Part shown: positions 18,383 to 26,949 of the stretch, in pieces
Layout of the letters: each line of letters opens with the position of its first letter
Numbering within the stretch: the first letter of the stretch is position 1
NCBI GenBank assembly: GCA_963851055.1
Contig: CAWKMY010000005.1
Location: 78,716 to 110,953 of the forward strand
Origin: an uncultured bacterium
GTDB lineage: Bacteria; Patescibacteriota; Minisyncoccia; Phycocordibacterales; PALSA-1337
Direction of reading: 5' to 3'
Length of the DNA stretch: 32,238 nucleotides
Translations under genes and position numbers: made by a program
The notes under the pieces: generated by a model
The model's database searches: none
What the model saw: the letters and a program-made list of their open reading frames with translations, nothing else
Told to the model about the DNA's origin: nothing

Positions 18383-18724
18383 AGGATAGCGCCCCACTAA
18401 AACTGTCCATCATATACTGTCTCCCGGCGTTTATGCCGCCGAGGTTAGAACATACAAAATTCAAGAATGGTGTTTCATCGACGGATCAATACTCCCCGAA
18501 AGGAACATCTCAAATCCTCCCATCTACGCTACGCATGAATCACGTATGGTCAATACAAAATTACAGTAAAGCTTCTAGGGTCTTTTCGTCTAACTGCAGG
18601 TAACCGGCATCTTCACCGGTACTGTATTTTCACCGAGCAAGTCTCCGAGACAGTTCTCCAGTCATTACACTATTCAACGCGTCGGAACTTACCCGACAAG
18701 GAATTGCGCTACCTTAGGATCGTT

Positions 18725-19503
18725 CTTTTCTTGGATAGCTGTGTAAAACTTTTATATTACTATTTAACAATTATGCTCGTGTTAGCTTCATGTCGCCATG
18801 AAGATCGGACTATATCATCATACTTTGTTCGTCGGTACCAATTTGTGAACAAAATCTGTCTTGCGTATAGTCTCTGAGGATTTTTCTGTTATTAATTCGG
18901 CTATGTTGTACTTTCTCTTTCTGCCTTTGCCTTCATTGAGAGTTTCTCTCAATCGTACAATTTTCTCGAATCCTTCTTTTGTTAGATGCTCCTTTCTAGC
19001 CATCTTTTTGACTATTTCAGAGAAAATCAAGAAGTTCTTCTTTTTATTGGCCGAAAGAAAAATAAAACGGTTGAAAAATGGAATCACCTTTTCCATCAAG
19101 GAATCGATATTCGTCACTTCAAAATAAACTACTCCATCAGATCTTTCGCGTAATGTTCCGCATCCAAATACTTTCTGAATGCGTTCGAGAATCACACGAT
19201 CTTTCTGGGAGATGTTGAATGAAGCGAGTACTTTCCATTTTCCTACATAATCCCGTCTTTTGATCATCGAGATGTTGAAGCTTCCTTCACCATCCGTGAA
19301 TCCGGCAATATAATTGCCGATAGCGAGATCTATGTTATTAAGCCAATGATTATTCATGGCTTAATTCTAACAGAAATCTTTCCTGCTGATTGTCCGCGTT
19401 TCAAAATTTTCACTACTCGAATTGCTTCAAGTGAGTATTTGAACATGCTCGGGGTTTCCAGCATATGGCAAGATTTATTATCGTAACTACAACGATCAAG
19501 TCT
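18725..19503 (-). mobile_element. group I intron (779 nt) after U1917 (helix 69 loop)
   Basis: Exons read ...gtcgtaactaU | agacttgat...ccaagaaaaG | aacgatcctaaggtagcg. P lies at 19456-19466, Q at 19382-19391, R at 18863-18879 and S at 18807-18818. Confidence 0.8.
18818..19357 (-). CDS. single-motif LAGLIDADG homing endonuclease, I-CeuI-like
   Basis: 179 aa. IAGFTDGEGSFNIS, FNISQKD and LMEKVIPFFNRF parallel I-CeuI (LAGFLEGEASLNIS, FNVTQH, LEEKVIPFYEQY). Confidence 0.85.
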   Translation of the reverse strand: MNNHWLNNIDLAIGNYIAGFTDGEGSFNISMIKRRDYVGKWKVLASFNISQKDRVILERIQKVFGCGTLRERSDGVVYFEVTNIDSLMEKVIPFFNRFIFLSANKKKNFLIFSEIVKKMARKEHLTKEGFEKIVRLRETLNEGKGRKRKYNIAELITEKSSETIRKTDFVHKLVPTNKV

Positions 19504-20983
19504 ATAGTTACGACCGACATTCACCAGGGCTTATAACAGTCACCATGTAATCTTGCGACTACACAACGCCGTTATTTGACCTTCTGGCATTGGTCAAGTG
19601 TCACCCCCTATACATCCTCTTGCGAGTTCGCAGGGAGCTGTGTTTTTGTTAAACAGTTGCCAGAGATACTTTAGCTGCGGCCCCTTCCAACAAAATAAAT
19701 TGTAAAAAAGGGCAAGCCTTATTCCGAAGTTACGGCTGCTTTTTTGCCGAGTTCCTTGGAGACCTCTCACTCGTTCGCCTAGGTCTACTCGACCTAACCA
19801 CCTGTGTCGGTTTGCGGTACGGTTTACGTGAAATTATGCTTAGAAAATTTTCTTGGAAGCGTGCTTTATCCTATTTCGCCTTGCGGCATTTTCGCTCTAC
19901 TTGGGGATCATATCGAAATGAGCATCCGGATTTGCCAGGACACACCCTTATAGCACGAACGTTAAATCCAATTATACGCAGGATATACTACGCTTCGTCC
20001 TTCCATCGCATTTCACGCAAGTCACGGAATATTAACCGTGTATCCATCGGGTGCGGCGTTCGCCATCCCCTTAGGACCGACTAACCCTTGGCTGATATAC
20101 ATTGCCAAGGAAACCTTGGTTTTTCGGCGTGCGGGAATCTCACCCGCATTGCGGTTACTTGTGCCAACATTCTTACTTCGCAACGCTCCACTGTGGGTCA
20201 CCCCTTCAGCTTCAATGCGATGCGAATACTCTCCTACCGCTCCGTTTTTCCGAAGAAAAACGAAGCCCTCAGTTTCGGTACGACATTTGAGCCCCGATTA
20301 TCTGCGGCGCGGAATTTCTCGATGAGTAAGCTGTTACGCTATTTTTGAATGATGGCTGCTTCTAAGCCTACATCCTCATTGTCGAAGAAATTCCACCACC
20401 TTACGTACACTTAATGTCGATTTAGGGACCTTAAATTGAGATCCGGGCTGTTTCCCTTTTGTCCAATGGAGCTTAGCCCCCACAGACTAACTGCCGGATA
20501 ATTACCATACGTATTCGGAGTTTGATAGGTCTCGTGAGCTTTCGCCCGTTCGAGACCTTCCAGTGCTCTACCCCGTATGGGTACATCCGACGCGAACCCA
20601 AAAGTTCTTTCGGAGAGAACCAGCTATTACCAGATTCGATTAGCTTATCACTCCTTACCACACGTCATCCGAGAGTTTTGCACGGCTCACCGGTTCGGGC
20701 CTCCATCCCCCTTTCGGGGAACTTCACCCTGCGCATGGCAAGCTCATCTGGCTTCGGGTCTTTAGCAAACTACGAGCGCCCTGTTCAGACTCGGTTTCCC
20801 TGTGACTCCGTCCTCGCGGACTTAGTCGAGCAGCTTGCTAAAACTCGTTGGCTCATTCTTCAATAGGCACGCCATGACGGTGCTACACAATAAGCATCAA
20901 AAAAATGACGCACATTGTGTAGCACCGCTCTGACTCCTTGTAGGCATATGGTTTCAGGTCTATTTCACCGCCCTTTCGGGCTG

Positions 20984-21023
<40 letters not shown>

Positions 21024-21613
21024 TAGAAAAATATTTAGACTTGCCGGTTAGTTCCGGCGGATTCCCCCGAGCTATTCGTTTCCCGGGGTACTTAAGAATA
21101 GAGACAAAGAAGATCCATTATTTTCAGATAAGGGGCTATCACCCTCTGGGGCTCGTCTTTCCAGACGATTCTCCTAATAAAAGATTTTTTGACTTCTCTG
21201 CTATAAATAGCACGTCTCTACCTTGCAACCCTCAACCAAAATCGCATCGCGTTTCCGCTTCTGCCTTTCGACAGGGCGGAAGCCGCCCTGCGATTTTGGT
21301 TAAGTTTAGTCTTCTCCGCGTTCGCTCGCCGCTACTGACGGAATGCATGTTTGTTTATTTTCCTCCTGGTACTGAAATGTTTTACTTCCCAGGGTACGCT
21401 CCTCTATAGAGTAACTATAGAAGTCGTCGAGGTTCACTCGACGGGGTTTCCCCATTCGGACATCTTCGGATCAAAGGTTGCTCGGCACCTCCCCGAAGCG
21501 TATCGCCGCCACGCCGCGTCCTTCATCGCTTTTTCTAGCCAAGGCATCCACCATACGCCCTTAATTTCCCATCAGGAAATCTAAGAACCGCTACTTAATA
21601 TCACTTACATTGC

Positions 21614-21634
21614 TTGCATTACTTTGAGGTATGA
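21614..21634. repeat. 5' arm of the pre-23S processing stem (pairs with 15274-15294)
   Basis: 21-nt perfect complement of the 3' arm. Imperfect pairing continues inward (tatcac..acattg on both sides). Confidence 0.75.
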
Positions 21635-21782
21635 GATTGTAAAACTGCTGTCGTCCGGGTATTCCGATTCGCCGGAAAAAAGAAAAACCGCTTCTTTAGC
21701 GGCATGAGCAACACTCCATCTCTGGGGTATGGCTATGGCCGCTTTAGACTTGGGTTTTTCATAATCATTCTGTGTGGTGGCT

Positions 21783-21810
21783 AGTATATATTAAGCTGAA
21801 ATAAAGTCAA
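21783..21810 (-). promoter_or_regulatory. candidate sigma70-type promoter for the 23S-5S unit
   Basis: On the minus strand: TTGACT (21805-21810), 16 nt, TATACT (21783-21788). About 200 nt upstream of helix 1. Confidence 0.5.
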
Positions 21811-21887
21811 TGGGTTAGGCCTATACGCCCGGTTGGGGATAAGATGGGGAGAATTGAACTGTCTGATTTTTGAGGAACCTTCAGATA

Positions 21888-21915
21888 TTGCATTTTCCAT
21901 TTGTCTTGTTAGAAT
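21888..21915 (+). promoter_or_regulatory. candidate promoter of the toxin-antitoxin pair (leaderless geometry)
   Basis: TTGCAT, 16 nt, TAGAAT, then 6 nt to ATG 21922. No SD. Confidence 0.45.
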
Positions 21916-21921
21916 ACGACC

Positions 21922-22122
21922 ATGAATATACGCATGAAAGTCAGAAAGGATAATAAAGAACGGACGGTCTCCGTCAGCTTTGACGCAAACCGTTTCGAAC
22001 GAGTGGCGGCTGAATTTGGTATGTTCAATAAGAGTTTTCTCCAAAGCATCGACAGAGCTGAGCGCGATATTCGCGCTGGCCGTATAACCTCTGTCGGCAG
22101 TCTCAAAGAGCTTCGCGCTTAA
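21922..22122 (+). CDS. putative type II antitoxin
   Basis: 66-aa ORF ending 5 nt before a RelE/ParE-like gene. Assigned by position; I do not recognise the family from sequence. Confidence 0.55.
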   Translation: MNIRMKVRKDNKERTVSVSFDANRFERVAAEFGMFNKSFLQSIDRAERDIRAGRITSVGSLKELRA

Positions 22123-22127
22123 ATCCT

Positions 22128-22409
22128 ATGTGGAAGATTTCTGTAGCCGATGAATTCAAGCGGCGCTATAGATTGTTACCCACTGAAGTCCAAAAGAAAG
22201 CAGAGAAACAAGAACGATTATTCCGTCATAATCCATTTTATCCGTCGTTGCATACGGAAAAGATCGAGCCCAAAGGTAAACAGGTTTGGACGATTCGTAT
22301 TGACGTTAGCTACCGCATAGCTTTCCGGTTTCTGGACAAGGATACAGTTGTATTCCTGACATGCGGCACGCATGATTGGATCTATCGGGTTTGGTTGAGA
22401 AATAATTAG
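22128..22409 (+). CDS. RelE/ParE-family type II toxin
   Basis: 93 aa. The pattern W.IRI...YRIAFRF...TVVFLTCGTHDWIYR is typical of RelE/ParE-fold toxins. Confidence 0.7.
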   Translation: MWKISVADEFKRRYRLLPTEVQKKAEKQERLFRHNPFYPSLHTEKIEPKGKQVWTIRIDVSYRIAFRFLDKDTVVFLTCGTHDWIYRVWLRNN

Positions 22410-22461
22410 CCGTGTGACCAACTCGGGGCTCAATTGGAAATGAACCAAGTTTATTTCAGAT

Positions 22462-22645
22462 ATCTACAAACTGTAGATGACTGGGAATTGGAGCCCCAGT
22501 TGTCGACAATTTGTCGATGACTTACTTTCAGTTGTTTACAAATTGAAAACAACTGGAAGTCAAAACCAACCTTCTACAATCTGTAGACAGTTCAGTTGGT
22601 CACAATTTGTAACCAACTCTTCTCAATTGGTGGAAATGAGAAGAG
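22462..22645. repeat. array of six palindromes and three phased direct repeats in a convergent intergenic region
   Basis: Coordinates are in the findings. It contains TCTACA-N3-TGTAGA twice, tcgacaaTttgtcga, a 25-bp near-perfect palindrome, and CAGTTG-N3-ACAAwTTG three times at 32- and 64-bp spacing. Confidence 0.65.
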
Positions 22646-22651
22646 TTCGTT

Positions 22652-23188
22652 TCAACGGATAAATTGGTACCTCAAGTCGTTCGTATTGCCGGAACGCGTC
22701 AATCTTCCATCTCTGGCTAATGCATCCAAATATCTAGAGGCAGTCGCATGCGAAATCCTCAATAGTTTTTGCGCGTCTTCATTAGTAATTTTTCCCTTCT
22801 TCTGCGCCATCAGCATTAGTTTGTCCAGCTTTTTCTGCTTGTTGGTTTGGATCTTGGCTTGTGCCTTTAGAAGAAGGCCATGAATAAAATTCGGCTGGGT
22901 TTGGTCGGTGGCGATAGGCGCAGGTTGCACGGGAATAGTCGGCGGTTGCTCTTCCGTCGGCACAGGCTCGGAAATCGGTTGAGAAGGTTCAGTCGGCGAT
23001 TCAGTGTTTGGCTCGCTTGGAATAGGTCCCGCTTGAACAGGCTCGTCAATGATTGGTGGTTCCGCAATGGGTGGCGTTTCAGTAGTCGATTGCTCCGCTT
23101 CCTTGGCAGGCATTGGCGATTCAATAGCAGGTTCAGATGAAGCTGGTTCGACAATTGGTGTAGCACTTTGTGGAGTTTCGTCGTCCAT
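22652..23188 (-). CDS. Pro/Glu-rich protein with a C-terminal winged-helix DNA-binding domain
   Basis: The track start 23197 is TTG. ATG 23188 gives MDDETPQS... The C-terminus ITNEDAQKLLRISHATASRYLDALARDGRLTR looks like an HTH. TATAAT lies 8 nt upstream of the ATG. Confidence 0.6.
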   Translation of the reverse strand: MDDETPQSATPIVEPASSEPAIESPMPAKEAEQSTTETPPIAEPPIIDEPVQAGPIPSEPNTESPTEPSQPISEPVPTEEQPPTIPVQPAPIATDQTQPNFIHGLLLKAQAKIQTNKQKKLDKLMLMAQKKGKITNEDAQKLLRISHATASRYLDALARDGRLTRSGNTNDLRYQFIR

Positions 23189-23249
23189 TGATGTCAATTA
23201 TAAGGGAAAATGGGGCTTATTTTAAGGGTGGATTTCTGGCCGATTTGGC

Positions 23250-23278
23250 TTGACAGATAGGTTCAATAGTGCTATAAT
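23250..23278 (+). promoter_or_regulatory. perfect consensus sigma70 promoter
   Basis: TTGACA (23250-23255), 17 nt, TATAAT (23273-23278), about 90 nt upstream of ATG 23369. Confidence 0.7.
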
Positions 23279-23368
23279 TACACCAGAGAATACGTAAGAT
23301 TCTGTGAGCCAACGTGTTGGGCTCAGAAAACATCCGACACTGCACATTCAAATAGAAAGTTCCACAAG

Positions 23369-23746
23369 ATGAAAAATAACGTCATCACTCACGCCCTCAT
23401 GCTCCCTCTCGGCACTGATGGGAGTCTCGAAATTATTGGCACAAAGGAAGGACGATTCAATGAAAGCTCGGCCGTGTTCCTTGCGAAAGGAGACATGGCT
23501 CGGTGGCTCTGTCACTCACAGCCTGACTTATTCAAGAAGGTCATCATGACTTGGGCACCGGATCATTCCGCTACGGCCATGCTTATCTTCGAATACACGA
23601 TAGGTAGCCCGTTGCGTAACCCCAGAAAATTGCTTAAATCCGTCCGCAACAAACTGATGCAAGCGGTCCGACGTCAGCAATGTGAGTTCGAGGAGGAAAT
23701 GCACGAGGCGACTGGCGGGAATCTTCCCACTGATCATTGTGTATGA
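23369..23746 (+). CDS. hypothetical protein (125 aa)
   Basis: ATG ORF downstream of the consensus promoter. No family recognised. Confidence 0.5.
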   Translation: MKNNVITHALMLPLGTDGSLEIIGTKEGRFNESSAVFLAKGDMARWLCHSQPDLFKKVIMTWAPDHSATAMLIFEYTIGSPLRNPRKLLKSVRNKLMQAVRRQQCEFEEEMHEATGGNLPTDHCV

Positions 23747-23900
23747 GTTGGTGGAACTCTTTCTAATAATCCACGGGGAATCTATACTGATTCCCCACTC
23801 AACTAGGGCCACGATTCACCGATTGGTGATATGGCGGCCCTTGAGAGCTTTGCTCTTTGGAAAATAAAATCAACAACCATAAAACGAAGAAAGGCAATCT

Positions 23901-24260
23901 ATGCGAACTAATGTAGTGGTGGTCTGGAATGAAAAGAGTTGCTGGCCAATCAGCATTCTCGAAATTCTCGACAATTGGAAGACGGACTGGAAACCTGAGG
24001 TTGGTGGAGCAATACCAACAGAGGTATGTTGCAATCCCGGGTTGTGTGTTGGCACTGCTGAAGGAAAAATCGTCGCAGTGCTTACACCAGAAGAGGAGGC
24101 GTTATTCGACTCCTTGGAAAACCTCGGCAATCTATTCCAGAGCGATTGTGGTGTGAAGTGTCTTCAGGGACTACTGGAAAAGTCTATCAGCATTGCGACC
24201 GGCATCCCAATTCCGGAGTTTAGAACCAGTGACTCAAAGGACACACAGAAGACTGGTTGA
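23901..24260 (+). CDS. hypothetical Cys-containing protein (119 aa)
   Basis: ATG ORF preceded by GAAAGG. No family recognised. Confidence 0.5.
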   Translation: MRTNVVVVWNEKSCWPISILEILDNWKTDWKPEVGGAIPTEVCCNPGLCVGTAEGKIVAVLTPEEEALFDSLENLGNLFQSDCGVKCLQGLLEKSISIATGIPIPEFRTSDSKDTQKTG

Positions 24261-24347
24261 TGGTAATCCGCAATATCGTCCCCGCTCACAAAAGCCGCTT
24301 GGCATTTGTTGAGCGGTTTTTGATACCTGAATTATCTGTAAATAAAA

Positions 24348-24373
24348 GCGACCCCTTTCGGGGCCGCTTTTTT
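24348..24373. terminator. bidirectional intrinsic terminator
   Basis: gcgacccc-tttc-ggggccgc is flanked by an A run upstream and T6 downstream, between convergent genes. Confidence 0.7.
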
Positions 24374-24391
24374 CTAACCAAAATCTATAGA

Positions 24392-25081
24392 CTATTCCTT
24401 CTCCAAAACAGCGTGAGTTGTCTTCTCGATCAAACGAGCCGCAACATCCTTGCCACCGAGGCCGAAGGCCAAACCGATAGCCAATGCGCCACCAGCGAAG
24501 ACTGCTGTGAGGATCATTTGGATGAGTTGAGGAGCGATACCGAGAGTGATGAGGGCTGTGAGGATAGCGAAAATCCAGATAGACCACTTGGTGACGCGAC
24601 CGAGGAGCTCGGCAGACTTGACGTGTCCAGCCTTGGCTGAAGCAACGATGATCTTCTGCAAAGCGCTGGCGACGACGACAGCGATCATAAGGATCAAGAC
24701 CGCGACGATGACTTGAGGAATGTAATTAACTACCTCGCTCAAGAATACGTTGACCTGATCTAGGCCGAGGATGCCGAACGAAGCCATCAAGAATACAACG
24801 ATGACGAACCACTTGACCAAAGCGCCAACGAAGAGCCCAGAGTTCAGGTTGTAACCTGCACGCTTGACTACATCTTCCATGCCTGCGCTCTTGAGTGCCG
24901 CATCGATCTTCAGAGCCTTGAAAATACTCTCTACCAACTTCTCTATGAGAGCCGCTAGGACCCAACCGATAGCGAAGATGATAAGAGCAATAATGAGTTC
25001 CGGTACAAAGCTAGCTACACCGTACCAGACACTCTCTAGTGAACGGGTGAAAACTACACCCCAACTGTCTATAAACATCAT
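24392..25081 (-). CDS. conserved TM-helix repeat membrane protein (mechanosensitive-channel-related family)
   Basis: 229 aa with repeated TM hairpins and a Gly/Ala-rich C-terminal helix. The family call comes from overall pattern only. The start could be the second ATG (25078). Confidence 0.6.
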   Translation of the reverse strand: MMFIDSWGVVFTRSLESVWYGVASFVPELIIALIIFAIGWVLAALIEKLVESIFKALKIDAALKSAGMEDVVKRAGYNLNSGLFVGALVKWFVIVVFLMASFGILGLDQVNVFLSEVVNYIPQVIVAVLILMIAVVVASALQKIIVASAKAGHVKSAELLGRVTKWSIWIFAILTALITLGIAPQLIQMILTAVFAGGALAIGLAFGLGGKDVAARLIEKTTHAVLEKE

Positions 25082-25135
25082 AGTATTATATGACTTAAAT
25101 TAATAATAATGGTTGATAACCTTGTGTACTCAATA

Positions 25136-25708
25136 TTATACCACCCCTAGCCTGTCGAGGAGGGCTACATGGGGATAGTCCAGAATATCCCTTACCAGAC
25201 GGTCGTGGATACCCATACGGTATTCAAAATCCTGAGTTTCAAAGGCTGAATAGGCTATTTCCTTGCCTATCTCGGATTCCACCGTCTTTATGATGGTCTC
25301 TATCTTCGGAATGTTCAAATCATCCCCTACTATCAAGAGGTCCACTCTCGAATCCCAATTTTGTATGAATACTCCAGCCGCTATGATCAGTTTTACCTTG
25401 CCGATATTGGAAAAGCGCTTGGTCAATGACTCATCCGCCCTGATGCTGGCGACAGTGAGCAAGTTCTTCAAAGGCTCAAGGTAAGGGAATTTTTCATTCA
25501 AAGAGTAAGCGGCGCTTTTTGGGCCGCGACGTTTGCGGATGATATCGGCTTTGAGAAGAAGATTCAGCTCTTTTCCGACTGCCGAGCTTTTGACTTTTGT
25601 CCGCAGAGCTATGTCACGCGTCGAAAAAGCCGTTGTTGCATTGAACAAAAACAGGCGAAGTAATTTTACTTTTGCGGTACTGCCGAAAATGGCGGTGAGA
25701 GTTTCCAT
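25136..25708 (-). CDS. putative wHTH transcriptional regulator
   Basis: Internal ATG 25708 (METLTAIFGSTAKVKLLRLF...STRDIALRTKV..SAVGKELNLL) is preferred, because TGtTATAAT (25728-25736) lies inside the longer ORF. Confidence 0.55.
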   Translation of the reverse strand: METLTAIFGSTAKVKLLRLFLFNATTAFSTRDIALRTKVKSSAVGKELNLLLKADIIRKRRGPKSAAYSLNEKFPYLEPLKNLLTVASIRADESLTKRFSNIGKVKLIIAAGVFIQNWDSRVDLLIVGDDLNIPKIETIIKTVESEIGKEIAYSAFETQDFEYRMGIHDRLVRDILDYPHVALLDRLGVV

Positions 25709-25788
25709 AGTGGTTAAGTTAGAATCGATTATAACATAGGAAACATTCTGATGGCAGACCATCGCAGATGATTTTTCAGCAGAAAGGA

Positions 25789-25814
25789 GAAAGGCCTCCT
25801 GCAGGAGGCCTTTC
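25789..25814 (-). terminator. rplL terminator hairpin (26-nt perfect palindrome)
   Basis: gaaaggcctcctgcaggaggcctttc lies 30 nt after the rplL stop, followed on the minus strand by a T-rich tcctttct. Confidence 0.6.
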
Positions 25815-25844
25815 GTGTCTGCTTTCAGAATTTTTCCTGTGCTA

Positions 25845-26258
25845 CTATTTCAACTCCACCTTTCCACCAGCAACCTCGATAGCTTTCTTCATAGCTTCAG
25901 CATCTTCTTTCTTCACGCCATCCTTGAGGAGAGAAGGAGCGGCATCAACGAGGTCTTTGGCTTCCTTCAAGCCCAGGGCCAAAAGCTCTTTGACTGCCTT
26001 GATAACGGCGATCTTAGTAGCTCCGGAGGAGGCGAGGTGCACTGCGAAAGTGCTCTTCTCATCTGCTGCGGCTCCAGCGGCTGCCGGGGCGGCTACGGCT
26101 ACAGCCTGGGCTGAAACGCCGAATTTCTTTTCGAGCAATTTGACCAGTTCCGATAGGTCTATGACGGACATCTTCTCGATGGTCTCGACTATAGACTTGA
26201 ACTTTGCCGGGATCTCGACTGGGGTTACGGGAGTAGCGGGGATATTATTGGTTTCCAT
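25845..26258 (-). CDS. rplL: 50S ribosomal protein L7/L12
   Basis: 137 aa with an Ala-rich hinge and C-terminal [23 protein letters not shown]...GGKVELK. Confidence 0.9.
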   Translation of the reverse strand: METNNIPATPVTPVEIPAKFKSIVETIEKMSVIDLSELVKLLEKKFGVSAQAVAVAAPAAAGAAADEKSTFAVHLASSGATKIAVIKAVKELLALGLKEAKDLVDAAPSLLKDGVKKEDAEAMKKAIEVAGGKVELK

Positions 26259-26291
26259 GGTAATTTCTGTTTACTTATTACTGTTTACTAA

Positions 26292-26774
26292 TTACTTCTT
26301 ACTTATTTGATCCAAGGCCATAACAAAGCCCTGAATAGGCGAATTGATAATATTTACGAACATGCCATGGAGAACATTGAGTGGAGGAATGGAGGCTATT
26401 ACCAACATCTCGTCCTTATTCATGTACTTCGATTCAAAGACTCCGCCCACGATAGCGATCTGGTCTTTGTGCTTCTTCTGGAATTCATAGACTCCACGAG
26501 CCGGGGCCACCAAGTCCTTTCCATAGGCCAAACCGAATTCTCCGACCAATTCAGGCATAGTGCCGGCATATTTCTTGTCGGCCAGTGCCAATGCGGTCAA
26601 AGTCTTTTTGGCGACGAAGAATCCGACGCCGTCCTGTTTGAGCTTGCGGCGCATGGCTGTCGTGTCACCGACTCTGAGGCCGTGGACATTGACGAAGACC
26701 AATGACTTGGCATCCTTCATGATCACATCGAGCTTCTCTACGATCTCTTTCTTTTGTGCTTTTGTGCGGGCCAT
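26292..26774 (-). CDS. rplJ: 50S ribosomal protein L10
   Basis: 160 aa starting MARTKAQKKEIVEKL...VFVNVHGLRVGDTTAMRRKL. Immediately upstream of rplL. Confidence 0.9.
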   Translation of the reverse strand: MARTKAQKKEIVEKLDVIMKDAKSLVFVNVHGLRVGDTTAMRRKLKQDGVGFFVAKKTLTALALADKKYAGTMPELVGEFGLAYGKDLVAPARGVYEFQKKHKDQIAIVGGVFESKYMNKDEMLVIASIPPLNVLHGMFVNIINSPIQGFVMALDQISKK

Positions 26775-26949
26775 TTTATTATAACGATTTGTATTGTCGA
26801 CCTTTATAGGCTGACATGAGGAAAATAGAGGTTACCTCGGAAGGTCTTATTGCTTGTCGCGCCAACTGGCGGATATGCGTGCCTTCTGTCTTGAGCCTTG
26901 TTGGCTAGGTTAGCATATCTATTCTTTAGCTGCAATATTGAGCTTTGTC

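Noticed and set aside
17856-18603. ORFs 17856..18164 (-, 102 aa) and 18289..18603 (+, 104 aa) in and around the L2262 intron.
   Set aside because: The first lies in the hairpin-closed structured insert and has no motif. The second runs antisense across intron and exon sequence. Neither has coding-like composition.
22462-22645. The palindrome array, considered as a CRISPR array.
   Set aside because: There is no constant repeat unit alternating with unique spacers of regular length. The elements are different palindromes and short phased motifs, and no cas genes are present.
22867-23166. Overlapping ORFs (22867..23166 -, 22880..23140 +) within the Pro-rich gene.
   Set aside because: They are alternative frames of a low-complexity Pro/Glu-coding stretch. 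Only the 22652..23188 frame ends in a recognisable wHTH domain and has a promoter.
26775-26949. A 175-nt untranslated region upstream of rplJ, considered as an L10-leader autoregulatory RNA.
   Set aside because: The location is right, but I could not recognise the kink-turn/23S-mimic motif by eye. Calling it needs a covariance-model search.
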